From NCBI GenBank assembly GCA_047285305.1, contig JBJBDL010000003.1, positions 384,001 through 448,000 of the forward strand: a stretch of 64,000 nucleotides of DNA. The letters run 5' to 3'. Below the pieces are notes generated by a model. The model had not been told where the DNA came from, did no database searches, and was given only the letters and a program-made list of their open reading frames with translations. The position numbers and the translations under genes are program-made. Position 1 is the first letter of the stretch. The number at the start of each line of letters is the position of its first letter. Positions 62,603 to 64,000 of this stretch are shown one piece after another. The DNA is from Synechococcus sp. GTDB lineage: Bacteria; Cyanobacteriota; Cyanobacteriia; PCC-6307; Cyanobiaceae.

Positions 62603-63187
62603 TCAGGGTTGCGCTTCCTTCAATCCGTCCAAAGGGGAGTCGGAGAAAAACTGCACCAGACCGGCGATGGATTTCGCTTTTTCGATCACACCAAACAGAG
62701 CCGGAAGATTCACCGCCATGACGGCATTGGGATAGCCCTTCAAAAAGCTCACTGCCGTGAGGCCATTTTCGCTCTGCAATCCACTGATCAGTCCGGCCCG
62801 GATCGCTGGAACACTCACCTCAGGTTCCGGTGTGTAGATCGGATGAATGATGCGTGCAACACGACGCAGGATGGCCTCACCAATCCGTGTGTTGATCAGA
62901 CGGCTTGTGAGTACCAGGGGAAGCTCGAGGCTCTGATTGAGCATCTGCGCTACCTCTTTAGGGTCCTGCTCGGAGAGCTCCAGCAGGTCCTCCAGCAGAC
63001 CTGTCGGATCACCGGTTTCGGCCAGGTGTTCGATTTCTTTCACTGGAATGGATCGGCGGAAGGCACCACTCACCAGGGCGACCTCCGTGGCTGCATGCAG
63101 GGGTTGCATGACGCAGCTCAAACTCAGCCCAAGCCCTGCCGCCACGGCCAGCAGAGAGGAACGAGTGAAGGGCTTGGGGAGCATCAC
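62603..63187 (-). CDS. DUF1400-type exported protein (alpha/beta hydrolase-associated)
   Basis: Signal peptide; RSIPVKEIEHLAETG, IGEAILRRV, AIRAGL, FLKGYP. Confidence 0.75.
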   Translation of the reverse strand: MMLPKPFTRSSLLAVAAGLGLSLSCVMQPLHAATEVALVSGAFRRSIPVKEIEHLAETGDPTGLLEDLLELSEQDPKEVAQMLNQSLELPLVLTSRLINTRIGEAILRRVARIIHPIYTPEPEVSVPAIRAGLISGLQSENGLTAVSFLKGYPNAVMAVNLPALFGVIEKAKSIAGLVQFFSDSPLDGLKEAQP

Positions 63188-63208
63188 GCTGGAGGTCTTG
63201 GCCGGAAG

Positions 63209-64000
63209 TTAGGCCGGAACTCCAGCAGCGACTCGCACCAGGCGGACAACTCCCCGTTCGGCTAGCCCCTGAGCCACCTTGAGGCCCATGCGCCGGGTGT
63301 CTGGTTCATTGAGCACCCTTGGCATTCGACGCAGCAGAAGCTCAGGTGTGAATCCCGGCAACGATTGCAACACCTGGATCAATTCCCGCACCGGCTCTAG
63401 TTGCATCAGTGGATCGGAGAGCCCGAGAGGTGTGTGGCCAAGGGCGGATGGTTGCAGTCGTTTGGGGAGGCGTCGACCCAGGCGTTGCATCGTCGACCAA
63501 CCCAGAGCATCCAGCTGATCAACCGTGGCGGTCACCAGTTGATCCCGAAGCAGTCCTGCCTTGGGTGAGAACAGGAAGTCGAGAAGTTGATCGAGCAAGG
63601 CCTCCAGATCCAGCTGGGCCTGGCTTGCAGCGCTGGAGACCAGATTTTCCAGACGGGTCCAACGGAACGCGTCTCCATCGAACAGCATCTCCTTAAGGCT
63701 CTGACGCAACTGGGGATCGGGATCCTCCATCAGCCGCCTGGCGAAGTAGGGGTAGGCAGCACCGAGGATCTTGAAGTTCGGATCAACACTGAGGGCGATG
63801 CCCTCCAGGGTGACCAGTGATCGAATGATCAGGGCGTAGTAAGGCGGCACCCGGAAGGGGAATTTGTACATCACACCGGACATGTCGTCGGTGACCGCTT
63901 TGAAATCCATGCGGTTGACGCCGGCTTCCAAGGCCTGGCTGAAGACCTTTTCAAAGGCGGGAACAATCGGTTCCAGGTTCACATCTTCTGCCAGGAACCC
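63209..64000 (-). CDS. AarF/ABC1/UbiB atypical kinase (3' part, 5' truncated by window)
   Basis: FPFRVPPYYALIIRSLVTLEGIA...DPNFKIL. Confidence 0.9.
   Translation of the reverse strand, partial: GFLAEDVNLEPIVPAFEKVFSQALEAGVNRMDFKAVTDDMSGVMYKFPFRVPPYYALIIRSLVTLEGIALSVDPNFKILGAAYPYFARRLMEDPDPQLRQSLKEMLFDGDAFRWTRLENLVSSAASQAQLDLEALLDQLLDFLFSPKAGLLRDQLVTATVDQLDALGWSTMQRLGRRLPKRLQPSALGHTPLGLSDPLMQLEPVRELIQVLQSLPGFTPELLLRRMPRVLNEPDTRRMGLKVAQGLAERGVVRLVRVAAGVPA

Overview
This window is the replication-origin region of a GC-rich marine Synechococcus-type picocyanobacterial chromosome, an assignment inferred from gene content and order. About 90% is core housekeeping: clpX, dnaX, mgdA, rpmI-rplT, thiG, sqdB/sqdX, mrdA, guaA, cbiD, tRNA-Gly, pdxA, accB-efp, thiL, gap2, murC-murB, rsgA-dnaJ-grpE, msrB, dusA, argH, ftsY-nusB, queG, a gyrA/parC paralogue, purF-purL, dnaN, oriC and thrC. 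The one clearly accessory stretch is about 15.6-19.8 kb, downstream of guaA, which appears to hold two integrase-less elements stacked at the guaA 3' end. The proximal 2.6-kb element is bounded by a 12/13-bp duplication of the guaA terminus and by 11-bp-phased GGTGAAA arm-like repeats. It carries an SRA-like/HNH nuclease, a LexA-box-preceded two-gene operon (Cys-rich peptide plus a DUF1651-like protein), and a 650-bp tract without a credible ORF. That tract holds five tandem hairpin units, four with a clear intrinsic terminator and one with a weak one; two units are paralogous and a third is complementary to them. This putative small-RNA array with its cassette is the best candidate for an undescribed system. 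The distal element is AT-rich, carries an orphan methyltransferase, and shows the same end architecture with a different arm motif (GGGGTAGT). Other points: a probable pilB 5' remnant marking deletion of the pilB-pilT-pilC operon, a HARP/SNF2 helicase divergent from an HNH gene near tandem LexA boxes, and a proteobacterial-type purF. All calls are by eye; no database searches or folding programs were run.
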